NCBI GenBank assembly: GCA_045594785.1
Contig: JAZNZE010000004.1
Coordinates: 39,254-103,253 of the forward strand
Origin: Eubacteriales bacterium
GTDB taxonomy: Bacteria; Bacillota; Clostridia; Oscillospirales; CAG-272
Length of the DNA stretch: 64,000 nucleotides
Direction of reading: 5' to 3'
Positions 44,130-52,695 of the stretch are shown piece after piece. Position 1 is the first letter of the stretch. Each line of letters starts with the position of its first letter. The notes under the pieces are model-generated. The model ran no database searches. It had not been told where the DNA came from and saw nothing but the letters and a program-made list of their open reading frames with translations. A program made the translations under genes and the position numbers.

Positions 44130-45491
44130 TCAAAGAAGTCCGATTATCGGAAGCCAGCCCATAAGAACGACAACTTCCATAATGAACTGTCCCGCAACCC
44201 AGAAGAGATTGTTTTTGAACGTCTTCGAAAAATCCGATTCGGCAAGCGACATTCCTGCGTACATACCAAGTCCGAGAGGCGGTGTTATTCCGCACATAAC
44301 TCCGCATATGCAGGGAAGCATTGCGGCTGCGAGAATGGGATTTACTCCTGTCGATGCAAGCACGGTTATAAACACGGGTCCGAATATAACGACCAGTGAA
44401 GAGCCCGGTATAACCATTCCGAGAAAGCAGGTTATAATGCATATGAAAACAACCATTCCGAATTTTGAAAAGTCGAGGTCCATTATAAATGACTGCATTT
44501 CTTCTGCAACGTTCATAGCAGAGAAAAGAGCGCCAACCATATATCCGATAATGCACACGCCTATAGCGGGAGCAATCGACTTCGTGCTTTTGGCAAATGC
44601 CTTTGCAATAGCGTGAGGGGTAACGACCTTTTTGTCCTTAGCCATAAAGCAGGTTATTATGGCAACCATACCGGGTATGAATAGGAGAAGTGAGCTTGAC
44701 ATAAATTTCGCGCCCTCTTTTCCGAGACGGGAGGTGAAGAAAGTATCCTTAAATATGTAATCGAGAAGAAAGGGAAGGAGAATTATAACGGGGAGAAGAA
44801 GTCCCTGCCAGCTTTCCTTGAAGGTTTCCTTAAAGGAAGGAAGGTCTTCCTTTGTCATAGGCTTTACCTTGTAATATTTGCAAAAGGCAAAAAGCGTAAG
44901 TATTCTCTGAAGAATAAACCATACTGCGATTCCCCAAAGCACTATCCAGAACTGTCCCGTGGTCATATTACTGAGAGGATAAAGCGCGGTAAAAGCTCCT
45001 AATGCAGCAACTATGTTTGAGGAAGGAGGAATCATATTTCCCATATAGCTTGCGTTGCTCTCAACGTTTGCGGCAAGCTCTGCGGGAAAGCCTGACTTTT
45101 TCATAGCGGGAATGGTTATAGCTCCCGTTGCCATAACGTTACCGGGGCCGCTTCCCGAAAGAGCGCCCATAAACGAAGAGGCGATTATTGACACGTAACC
45201 CGCTCCGCCCGGTATCCTTCCGAGAAGGGAGAGAATTATCGCAACGCAGCCGTCTATTATTTTGGTTTTGGTAAGAATAATCGACATAGCTACGAAGGCT
45301 GTCATAGAATAGATAAGCGAAGATGAAAGTCCTGCATTTATAAAGGAAGGGATTTCGCTCCAGGTGTTAGTAATGGCAAGCAGGATTATAAAGCTTATGA
45401 GAATCGCTTCGTATACGGGACGCTTCAGCACCATAAACCAAACGATAACCACAGCTAGCATAACACCGAGATAAATAAAGGCTGACGGCAT
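44130..45491 (-). CDS. TRAP-transporter DctM-like large permease
   Basis: 453 aa with the DctM-type block IIASSFMGALSGSGPGNVMATGAITIPAMKKSGF. AAAGGAG RBS overlapping the upstream LysR stop. Confidence 0.65.
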   Translation of the reverse strand: MPSAFIYLGVMLAVVIVWFMVLKRPVYEAILISFIILLAITNTWSEIPSFINAGLSSSLIYSMTAFVAMSIILTKTKIIDGCVAIILSLLGRIPGGAGYVSIIASSFMGALSGSGPGNVMATGAITIPAMKKSGFPAELAANVESNASYMGNMIPPSSNIVAALGAFTALYPLSNMTTGQFWIVLWGIAVWFILQRILTLFAFCKYYKVKPMTKEDLPSFKETFKESWQGLLLPVIILLPFLLDYIFKDTFFTSRLGKEGAKFMSSSLLLFIPGMVAIITCFMAKDKKVVTPHAIAKAFAKSTKSIAPAIGVCIIGYMVGALFSAMNVAEEMQSFIMDLDFSKFGMVVFICIITCFLGMVIPGSSLVVIFGPVFITVLASTGVNPILAAAMLPCICGVMCGITPPLGLGMYAGMSLAESDFSKTFKNNLFWVAGQFIMEVVVLMGWLPIIGLL

Positions 45492-45496
45492 TTTGA

Positions 45497-46393
45497 TTAC
45501 TCCTTTGTAACGGTTTTAGCACAGCAGATAAAATCCTGCTCCGCTTTTGTTAAAAATTGTTCTTTTCTATAAAAAATGTAAACTTTTCTTTCTGTTTCTT
45601 GCATATTTTTTCTGGGAACGGGGAGAAACCTCACGTTTTTATTCTGCTCGGCTGTTCCGAATTTCTCTATATAAGAGGGGGCAAGCATAACTCCGATTCC
45701 GCGCTTTATAAGCGAGAGGCCCGATTCAATGGACTGGCATTCTATTTCAGGGCGGGGCGTTCCGAGTTCTTCTGAAATTTCATAGAGGGTCTGCCGCATA
45801 GACTGCCCTTTTCCTACGCTTATTATCGGAAGAGAGAGCATAAGCTCGGCTGCCGTGCTAGCATTAGAGCATAGCTTTTTAGGCGCGGCAAGAAGCACGT
45901 TTTCGGTGAAAAGCTCTTCGCCTTCAAAATCCTTTGTCGTCTCGTCAAAAATGCTTATTATAAGGTCAAGCTCGCCTCTGTAAAGCCTCTCGGAAAGCTC
46001 CGCTGTTGTTCTTTCCTCTATAATAACTCTGCCGTCTGGATTTTTCTCTCTGTACGCTTCAATAATTGACGGCATCATATACGGTGAGCGTGAAGGGCTT
46101 ATACCAACTCTTACAACAGAGCTTTTGCCAAGCTTGATTTCTTCAAGCTGCTTATCAAGCTGTCTTTCAACGTCCATAAGGCGCTTTGCAGCTTCAACGT
46201 AGCATTCTCCCGCTTTGGTAAGCCTTATCGGCAGCGCGCTTCTGTCAAAAAGCTCGATTCCGAGCTCTCCCTCAAGCTTTTTGAGATATTTGCTGAGTGT
46301 CGGCTGGGATATATCAAGTATTTCCGCTGCTTGAGAAATTCCTCCCGCCTCGGATATTACTCTGACGTATTCAAATTTCTTAAATTGTGACAT
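45497..46393 (-). CDS. LysR family transcriptional regulator
   Basis: N-terminal wHTH (FEYVRVISEAGGISQAAEILDISQPTLSKYLKKLE) and a LysR substrate-binding domain. Confidence 0.9.
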   Translation of the reverse strand: MSQFKKFEYVRVISEAGGISQAAEILDISQPTLSKYLKKLEGELGIELFDRSALPIRLTKAGECYVEAAKRLMDVERQLDKQLEEIKLGKSSVVRVGISPSRSPYMMPSIIEAYREKNPDGRVIIEERTTAELSERLYRGELDLIISIFDETTKDFEGEELFTENVLLAAPKKLCSNASTAAELMLSLPIISVGKGQSMRQTLYEISEELGTPRPEIECQSIESGLSLIKRGIGVMLAPSYIEKFGTAEQNKNVRFLPVPRKNMQETERKVYIFYRKEQFLTKAEQDFICCAKTVTKE

Positions 46394-46500
46394 ATTTACT
46401 CCTTTATAGCCTTGTTGCTATATGGTATGGCAATTTTGACATAACAGATTATACACCTTAATTTCGGATTTGTCAATAGAAAAATGAATAAAAACTAAAC

Positions 46501-46530
46501 AAAAAATTCCCGCAGTAAAAAACTGCGGGA
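46501..46530 (-). terminator. rho-independent terminator (minus strand)
   Basis: Stem tcccgcag / ctgcggga. On the minus strand it is followed by AATTTTTT. Confidence 0.65.
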
Positions 46531-46548
46531 GCGATATAAATGAAATAT

Positions 46549-46689
46549 TTATATTTTGTTTATTAAATCTTCCATACTTACACCGAGAATTTTTGAGATA
46601 ACGAAAAGCTCCTTGTCCGTTGCGCTTCTAAGCTGTCCTTCAAGCTTTGAGTAGCTTGTCGGATTTATATCACAGCCCATAGTTTGCAT
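46549..46689 (-). pseudogene. N-terminally truncated XRE-type HTH remnant (46-aa ORF, below the ORF-track cutoff)
   Basis: Translates to MQTMGCDINPTSYSKLEGQLRSATDKELFVISKILGVSMEDLINKI. This matches only the C-terminal two thirds of an XRE HTH domain (..YSKLE.G.R..T..EL..I...LGVS...L). A stop codon lies 6 codons upstream of the ATG. Confidence 0.4.
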
Positions 46690-46793
46690 TTGCGCTATAA
46701 AATCCTTTTATTTTACTTGTTTCGGTAGGAAACGCTTGCCGTTTTCGATGCAGCGTGAATAAAATCTATGAAGTTTTTTTATAATAAATTAAT

Positions 46794-47453
46794 TCAAAGC
46801 AGGGCAAAATGGTTTTTTCTGGCGCTTATTATTCCTGCTCGCTGAAGCTTGCTTATTTCTGCCGAAAGTCCGCTTCTGTCTACCTCGAGATAGTCGGCAA
46901 GCTCCTGGCGGTCAAACGGAATGTCAAATTCGCTCTTTCCCGTCTTTTTTGAGTAAAAATCAAGATATGCCAAAAGCTTTTCGGCTGTGGTGCGCTTAGA
47001 CGTTATTTCGATTCTCTGGTGAAAGGCTATGGTTTTTTCCGCAAGATCCTTCATTAAATTATATATGAGCTTATGGTGAAAGGAGCAGCCGTTCTGACAG
47101 GTGTGGAGAATACGCTCCGCCTCTATCAGCATAACCTCGCAGGGCTCGTCTGCAATCACGCTTACAGGCAGCGATTTCGTTCCTGCGCAGGCAAATGCCT
47201 CGCCGAATACCTCGCCCTCGGCAATCTCGGATAGAATGCTTCTGTTGCCGTAATAATCTATCTGAACCACGTGCGCCGTGCCCGAGAGAAGTATTCCGAT
47301 ATGCTTTGCAGGTCTTGCCTCGGCAAAAACCGTGTATTTCTTGTCGAAAAAATCGACCTTAGCTCCAAGGCAAGCGAGCATTTTTATAAGCTCCTCGCTC
47401 TTTATATCCGCAAAAAGAGGACATTTTTCTAAAACTTTCAGAAATTTTTTCAA
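46794..47453 (-). CDS. Crp/Fnr family transcriptional regulator
   Basis: cNMP-binding-like beta-roll (GEVFGEAFA) and a C-terminal HTH (RQELADYLEVDRSGLSAEISKLQRAGII). No N-terminal Cys cluster of FNR type. Confidence 0.85.
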   Translation of the reverse strand: MKKFLKVLEKCPLFADIKSEELIKMLACLGAKVDFFDKKYTVFAEARPAKHIGILLSGTAHVVQIDYYGNRSILSEIAEGEVFGEAFACAGTKSLPVSVIADEPCEVMLIEAERILHTCQNGCSFHHKLIYNLMKDLAEKTIAFHQRIEITSKRTTAEKLLAYLDFYSKKTGKSEFDIPFDRQELADYLEVDRSGLSAEISKLQRAGIISARKNHFALL

Positions 47454-47468
47454 TTTTTCCTCACTTTT

Positions 47469-47482
47469 GTTGAAAATTCAAC
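47469..47482. promoter_or_regulatory. perfect 6-N2-6 palindrome GTTGAA-AA-TTCAAC, candidate Crp/Fnr-family operator
   Basis: It lies in the 96-bp divergent intergenic region. Its centre (47475.5) is 41.5 bp upstream of the TSS predicted from the TATAAT at 47505-47510. Confidence 0.5.
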
Positions 47483-47526
47483 ATAATTTATAAAAAAATT
47501 ATACTATAATATACTCAGAAAATCAA
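47482..47526. promoter_or_regulatory. overlapping divergent promoters (ldhA operon rightward; crp/fnr gene leftward)
   Basis: Rightward: TATAAT at 47505-47510 with a poor -35 (CATAAT, 47482-47487). Leftward: TTGATT (complement of 47521-47526), 17 nt, TATAAT (complement of 47498-47503). Confidence 0.45.
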
Positions 47527-47549
47527 GAGGCTCAGAAAGGAATTTTATC

Positions 47550-48590
47550 TTGAAAATTGCATTTTTTGATACGAAGCCGTACGATAAATCGGCATTCGAT
47601 AAATTCAACGGGCAAAACGAAATCACATTCAAATATTTTGAAACCAAGCTTAACGAGGATACGGTTGAGCTTTGCGAGGGTGCAGACGCCGTTTGCGTTT
47701 TCGTTAACGACACGGTAAACCGCGCTGTAATAGACAGGCTCTGCGAGCTTGGAGTAAAGCTCGTTTTGCTCAGATGCGCTGGCTACAATAACGTTGACGT
47801 AAAGTATGCGTTCGGGAAAATACACGTGCTGAGAGTTCCCGCATATTCTCCCTACGCAGTAGCCGAGCACGCGATAGCAATGCTTCTTACCTCGGTTCGC
47901 CGTATTCACAAGGCTTATATAAGAACCAGGGATTTTAATTTCAGCCTTGCGGGAATGACCGGCTTTGACCTTCACGGCAAAACTGTCGGAGTTATCGGAA
48001 CGGGGCGTATCGGCAGAGCATTTATAGATATTTGCGTGGGATTTGGAATGAACGTTCTTGCTTACGATAAATTTCCGTCTCCTCAGCTAATCGGCAGAGA
48101 GCGGGTAAAATACGTCTCTCTTGACGAGCTGTTTTTGGGAAGTGACGTTATATCCCTGCACTGTCCTTTGAGTGAGGATACCTATCATATTATAGACGCT
48201 GCGGCAATAGAGAGGTGCAAAAAGGGAGTTATCATAATAAACACCTCGCGCGGCGCGCTCGTTGATGCCGAGGCTCTTCTGGCGGCTATAAAATCCCGCA
48301 AGGTTGGCGGCGCTTGCCTTGATGTGTACGAGGAAGAATCCGACTTCTTTTTCGAGGACTACTCTGGGCATATACTTGACGATGACGTGCTTGCAAGGCT
48401 TATTTCAATGCCTAACGTAATAGTTACCTCGCATCAGGCGTTTTTGACAGACGAGGCTCTTACGAATATTGCCGAGACTACCGTAAATAATGCACTTGCG
48501 TTTTTTAGCGAAAGTGAAAATCCTAATCAGAACGAGGTTTGCTACCGCTGCGGAAAAATTGAAAACTGCAAGCCCGGAAAATGCTTTTAA
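47550..48590 (+). CDS. ldhA: D-lactate / D-2-hydroxyacid dehydrogenase
   Basis: TTG start with AAAGGA upstream. MKIAFFDTKPYD.. N-terminus, the NAD motif GVIGTGRIGRAF, and catalytic R/E/H context (NTSRGALVD, VTSHQAF). It carries a short Cys-rich C-terminal extension (CYRCGKIENCKPGKC). Confidence 0.8.
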   Translation: MKIAFFDTKPYDKSAFDKFNGQNEITFKYFETKLNEDTVELCEGADAVCVFVNDTVNRAVIDRLCELGVKLVLLRCAGYNNVDVKYAFGKIHVLRVPAYSPYAVAEHAIAMLLTSVRRIHKAYIRTRDFNFSLAGMTGFDLHGKTVGVIGTGRIGRAFIDICVGFGMNVLAYDKFPSPQLIGRERVKYVSLDELFLGSDVISLHCPLSEDTYHIIDAAAIERCKKGVIIINTSRGALVDAEALLAAIKSRKVGGACLDVYEEESDFFFEDYSGHILDDDVLARLISMPNVIVTSHQAFLTDEALTNIAETTVNNALAFFSESENPNQNEVCYRCGKIENCKPGKCF

Positions 48591-48608
48591 GAAAGGAAAA
48601 CTACTGAA

Positions 48609-49304
48609 ATGCTAAGAAAAGTTATCAAAATAGACAAAAACAAGTGTGACGGGTGCGGTCTGTGCGCTGCTGCGTGTCACGAGGGTGCTATAGGAATAGT
48701 TGACGGAAAGGCAGAGCTTTTGCGCGAGGATTTCTGTGACGGACTTGGCGATTGCCTTCCCGCTTGTCCCACGGGTGCTATAAGCTTTGAAGAAAGAGAA
48801 GCTCCCGCGTATAACGAGGCTGCGGTCAGGGCGGCAAAGGCAGAGCCGTCTGATAAAAAGCTTTTCCACGGCTGCCCCGGCAGGCTTTCAAAGACTATTG
48901 AAAGAGAAAAATTTCCGAGAGCGGAGCGCGGCGCTGTACATAGTCAACTCTCGCAGTGGCCCTGCCAGATTAAGCTTGCGCCCGTAAACGCGCCTTACTT
49001 TGACGGAGCAAATCTGCTTATAGCTGCAGACTGCAGCGCCTATGCCTACGGAAGCTTTCATAACGACTTTATAAGAAATCACATAACCCTTATCGGCTGT
49101 CCTAAGCTTGATGCGGGAGACTATGCCGAGAAGCTTACCGAGATTATCAGAAATAACGATATAAAGAGCGTCAAAGTGGTAAGAATGGAAGTGCCCTGCT
49201 GCTCGGAAATCGAGAATGCCGTCAAGAGAGCTCTTATGGCGAGCGGTAAATTCATTCCCTGGCAGGTAGTGGTGATTTCTACTGACGGAAGAATTATAGA
49301 CTGA
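48609..49304 (+). CDS. 4Fe-4S dicluster domain protein with a Cys-containing C-terminal domain
   Basis: Two ferredoxin motifs (CDGCGLCAAAC, CDGLGDCLPAC), then a ~130-aa domain with conserved Cys (AADCSAY, GCPKLD, VPCCSE). Confidence 0.75.
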   Translation: MLRKVIKIDKNKCDGCGLCAAACHEGAIGIVDGKAELLREDFCDGLGDCLPACPTGAISFEEREAPAYNEAAVRAAKAEPSDKKLFHGCPGRLSKTIEREKFPRAERGAVHSQLSQWPCQIKLAPVNAPYFDGANLLIAADCSAYAYGSFHNDFIRNHITLIGCPKLDAGDYAEKLTEIIRNNDIKSVKVVRMEVPCCSEIENAVKRALMASGKFIPWQVVVISTDGRIID

Positions 49305-49379
49305 AAATTAAATAGGGGACTTGAAAAAAATCTTCTTTGTGGCTATAATGAAAATAACGATAAAAAACGAGGTGACCTT

Positions 49380-51173
49380 ATGAAAATCACAAAAGACGTA
49401 AAATATATTGGTGTGAATGACCGAAAAATAGATTTATTTGAGGGTCAGTACGCAGTTCCGAACGGAATGGCGTATAATTCCTATGCAATTATTGACGAAA
49501 AAATTGCCATAATGGATTCGGTTGACGCAGCTTTTACGCACGAGTGGCTTGATAATATTGCGGCTGCAACCGAGGGCAGAGCTCCCGATTATCTCGTGGT
49601 GCAGCATATGGAGCCCGACCATTCCGCGAATATACTTAATTTTACCAAGGCGTATCCAAATGCGAAAATCGTTTCCTCGGTAAAGGCGTTTGGTATGATG
49701 AAGAGCTTTTTCGGAACTGATTTTGAGGACAAGCGAATAATTGTGGGCGAGGGGGATACACTTTCTCTCGGTAAGCACACTCTCAGCTTTGTCACCGCGC
49801 CTATGGTGCATTGGCCCGAGGTTATAGTTACCTATGACAGCACGGATAAAATTCTTTTCTCGGCTGACGGATTCGGAAAGTTCGGCGCGCTTGACGCTGA
49901 CGAGGACTGGGCGTGCGAGGCAAGAAGATACTATATAGGCATAGTAGGTAAATACGGCTCGCAGGTGCAGGCTCTCTTAAAGAAGGCGGCAGGACTTGAT
50001 ATCGAAATTATCTGTCCTCTCCACGGCCCTGTGCTTAAGGAAAACCTCGGATACTATATCGGCCTTTATAACACCTGGTCATCTTATCAGCCTGAGGAAG
50101 ACGGTATAGTGATTGCCTACACCTCGGTTTACGGAAACACTAAAAAGGCTGTTGATATTCTTGCCGATAAGCTCAGAGCCTCGGGCTGCCCCAAGGTTGT
50201 GGTAAACGACCTCGCAAGATGCGATATGGCAGAGGCTGTGGAGGACGCCTTCAGATATTCTAAGCTCGTTCTTGCCACGACAACCTATAATTCCGAGATA
50301 TTCCCGTTTATGCGTGAGTTCATAACCCACCTTACCGAGAGAAACTACCAGAACCGCACCGTTGCCTTTATAGAAAACGGAAGCTGGGCGCCTATGGCTG
50401 CTAAGGTTATGCGCCAGATGTTTGAGAAGTCTAAGAACATAACGTTTGCCGATAATACCGTAAAAATTATGTCTGCCTTAAATGCAGATAGCTCGGAGCA
50501 GCTTGACGCTCTTGCAGCAGAGCTTTCGCGCGAGTACGTGGCAAGGCATAGCGACACCGCAAACAAAAACGACCTTACCGCTCTCTTTAAGATTGGCTAC
50601 GGTCTGTACGTTGTTACCTCAAACGATGGAAAAAAGGATAACGGAGCAATAGTGAATACCGTAACGCAGGTTACGAATACTCCGAACAGAATTGCGGTTA
50701 CGATAAATAAGGAAAATTACTCTCACCACGTAATAAAGCAGACGGGCAAAATGAACGTCAACTGTCTGACGGTAGAAGCTCCGTTCAAGGTGTTCGAGTC
50801 GTTTGGCTTCGTTAGCGGAAGAACCGTTGATAAGTTTAAGGACTGCGAGCCGCTTCGCTCGGATAACGGACTTGTTTTCCTCCCGAGATATATAAACAGC
50901 TTTATGTCGCTTGCGGTTGAGCAGTACGTAGATCTTGGCACTCACGGAATGTTTATCTGCTCGGTCACCGAGGCAAGAGTTATTTCGGATAAGGAAACTA
51001 TGACCTATTCCTACTATCATCAGAACGTGAAGCCGAAGCCTCAGACAGAGGGCAAAAAGGGCTACGTTTGTACGATTTGCGGATATATCCACGATGAAGA
51101 AATTCTTCCCGAAGACTTTATATGCCCGTTGTGTAAGCACCCCGCTTCCGACTTCGAACCCATAAAACCGTAA
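49380..51173 (+). CDS. multidomain flavodiiron protein: metallo-beta-lactamase-like diiron + flavodoxin + flavin-reductase-like + rubredoxin domains
   Basis: Diiron motif HMEPDH, flavodoxin motif IAYTSVYGNTKK, flavin-reductase-like block GLYVVTSNDGKKDNGAIVNTVTQV, and a C-terminal rubredoxin CTICGY...CPLCKH. Confidence 0.85.
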   Translation: MKITKDVKYIGVNDRKIDLFEGQYAVPNGMAYNSYAIIDEKIAIMDSVDAAFTHEWLDNIAAATEGRAPDYLVVQHMEPDHSANILNFTKAYPNAKIVSSVKAFGMMKSFFGTDFEDKRIIVGEGDTLSLGKHTLSFVTAPMVHWPEVIVTYDSTDKILFSADGFGKFGALDADEDWACEARRYYIGIVGKYGSQVQALLKKAAGLDIEIICPLHGPVLKENLGYYIGLYNTWSSYQPEEDGIVIAYTSVYGNTKKAVDILADKLRASGCPKVVVNDLARCDMAEAVEDAFRYSKLVLATTTYNSEIFPFMREFITHLTERNYQNRTVAFIENGSWAPMAAKVMRQMFEKSKNITFADNTVKIMSALNADSSEQLDALAAELSREYVARHSDTANKNDLTALFKIGYGLYVVTSNDGKKDNGAIVNTVTQVTNTPNRIAVTINKENYSHHVIKQTGKMNVNCLTVEAPFKVFESFGFVSGRTVDKFKDCEPLRSDNGLVFLPRYINSFMSLAVEQYVDLGTHGMFICSVTEARVISDKETMTYSYYHQNVKPKPQTEGKKGYVCTICGYIHDEEILPEDFICPLCKHPASDFEPIKP

Positions 51174-51285
51174 ATTTTGGCATAATTTACCGTTTCCTCA
51201 CTCGACGTAGATTTCTACGCCTTCGTTCGTCAGCCGAAAAATTCTGCTCAAAATTTAAGGGTTTTAAGTGTAGGAGAAACGGTGA
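51174..51285. repeat. dispersed intergenic repeat family C, copy 2
   Basis: It starts at the first nt after the FDP stop. ATTTTGGCATAATTTACCGTTTCCTCACTCGACGTAGatttCTACGCCTTCGTTCGTCAGCCGAAAAATTCTGCTCAAAAT matches copy 1. The arms accgtttcctc and gaggagaaacggt are roughly complementary. Confidence 0.8.
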
Positions 51286-51310
51286 TTTAAATTTTGTTTT
51301 CGGTTTGAGT

Positions 51311-51369
51311 AAGATTTCTATGCTTTCGTTCGTCAGCTGAAAAATTCTGCTCAAAATTTAAGGGTTTTA
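51311..51369. repeat. family C, partial third copy (3' half only)
   Basis: TTTCGTTCGTCAGCTGAAAAATTCTGCTCAAAATTTAAGGGTTTTA repeats 51222-51266 almost exactly. Confidence 0.8.
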
Positions 51370-51473
51370 TAATGTTGAGTCGATTAAAATTTTTAAGTAT
51401 AGTTTTAAAATGTGACCGATAAAAAGCAACGGTTAAAAAATAAATTTTAAATATTGATAAGGAGAAAATTAAA

Positions 51474-51635
51474 ATGAAAAAGTACGTATGTGATGTTTGC
51501 GGTTGGGAATACGATGAGGAGCTTGGCGATGCTGAGCTTGGAATAGCTCCCGGCACTAAGTTTGAGGATTTGCCCGAGGACTTTGAATGCCCTCTTTGCG
51601 CAGTAGGCAAGGATATGTTTTCCGAGGCAGACTAA
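51474..51635 (+). CDS. rubredoxin (53 aa; absent from the ORF track because it is under 60 aa)
   Basis: AAGGAGAAAATTAAA ATG. It translates to [53 protein letters not shown], with the two CxxCG/CPxC knuckles of rubredoxin. Confidence 0.9.
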   Translation: MKKYVCDVCGWEYDEELGDAELGIAPGTKFEDLPEDFECPLCAVGKDMFSEAD

Positions 51636-51723
51636 AAACGAAATTTTTGTTCTGAATTCTATTTCATTATCTAGGCTGGCGTGTTTGGTATAAAAAGATT
51701 TTATCTGACGTAAAGGAGCAATT

Positions 51724-52476
51724 ATGATTCCTGTTTTGTTGACGGCTCTTGGAGTTGGAGGCGCTACCGTTTTCGGCGCGGCAATAGGCTTTATATTTAA
51801 AAAGGTATCGCACACCTTTTCGGATATCGTGCTTTCCTTTGCTGCCGGAGTTATGCTTTCGGCTGCGGTTATAGGGCTTATTATTCCGTCTCTTGAATAT
51901 GGCGGAGACCTCGCTATTCTCATAACGATACTCGGCATTTTTGCAGGCGCAGCCTGCCTTAACCTTATGGATAAGCTCGTTCCGCACTTGCATCATATGG
52001 CGGGCGGTGAAGAGGAAAGCCATAACAATAAAAATCTCGGCAAGGTGCTGCTTTTCGTCAGCGCCATTGCCATACATAATCTACCCGAGGGAATTGCGGC
52101 AGGCGTAGGATTCGGTTCGGGTGACACAACCGGGGCGCTCATAATCGCAGGCGGTATTGCGCTGCAGAATATCCCCGAGGGTATGGTAATTATAGGCCCT
52201 ATGCTCGCTGCCGGAATAAAGCCGAAAAAGACCTTCCTCATAGCTCTTCTTACAGGACTTGTTGAGGTTGCCGGAACGTTTATCGGTTATTTTGCGGTAA
52301 GCATCGCTTCGGCAATACTGCCGTTCGCGCTTGCTTTTGCCGGCGGAACGATGCTTTACGTAATAAGCGATGAAATGATTCCCGAAACCCACGCTCACGG
52401 GCATCAGAGAGGGGCGACCTATGCGCTTCTCGTTGGCTTTTGCGTAATGCTTCTCACCGATTTTCTTTTAGGGTAA
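51724..52476 (+). CDS. ZIP family metal transporter (ZupT-like)
   Basis: 250 aa with 8 TM helices, the HNLPEGIA and QNIPEGM motifs, and a His-rich loop (HLHHMAGGEEESHNN). Confidence 0.85.
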   Translation: MIPVLLTALGVGGATVFGAAIGFIFKKVSHTFSDIVLSFAAGVMLSAAVIGLIIPSLEYGGDLAILITILGIFAGAACLNLMDKLVPHLHHMAGGEEESHNNKNLGKVLLFVSAIAIHNLPEGIAAGVGFGSGDTTGALIIAGGIALQNIPEGMVIIGPMLAAGIKPKKTFLIALLTGLVEVAGTFIGYFAVSIASAILPFALAFAGGTMLYVISDEMIPETHAHGHQRGATYALLVGFCVMLLTDFLLG

Positions 52477-52484
52477 ATATTTTT

Positions 52485-52521
52485 GCGGAAAAGAAACTGT
52501 AAACGCTCTTTTCCGCTTTTT
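52485..52521 (+). terminator. rho-independent terminator of the ZIP gene
   Basis: Stem gcggaaaag / cttttccgc followed by TTTTT. Confidence 0.75.
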
Positions 52522-52695
52522 CGTTAAAAATGTTGTTTTTTATAATTTTGCAGTGAAAACGGCTGTATAATCTAGATGTAAATAGTTTAAAGCGTAATTG
52601 TACCAAATAAAGGCAAGATTGTACATAGACAACGGATTAGTTTTTTGCTAAAATGAAATAAAATTGAATTTATTTAAAAGTTAAAGGAGAGGATT

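Noticed and set aside
51287-52077. Minus-strand ORFs 51287..51610, 51447..51938 and 51667..52077
   Set aside because: They overlap the rubredoxin and ZIP genes in antisense and run through repeat C, with no supporting motifs.
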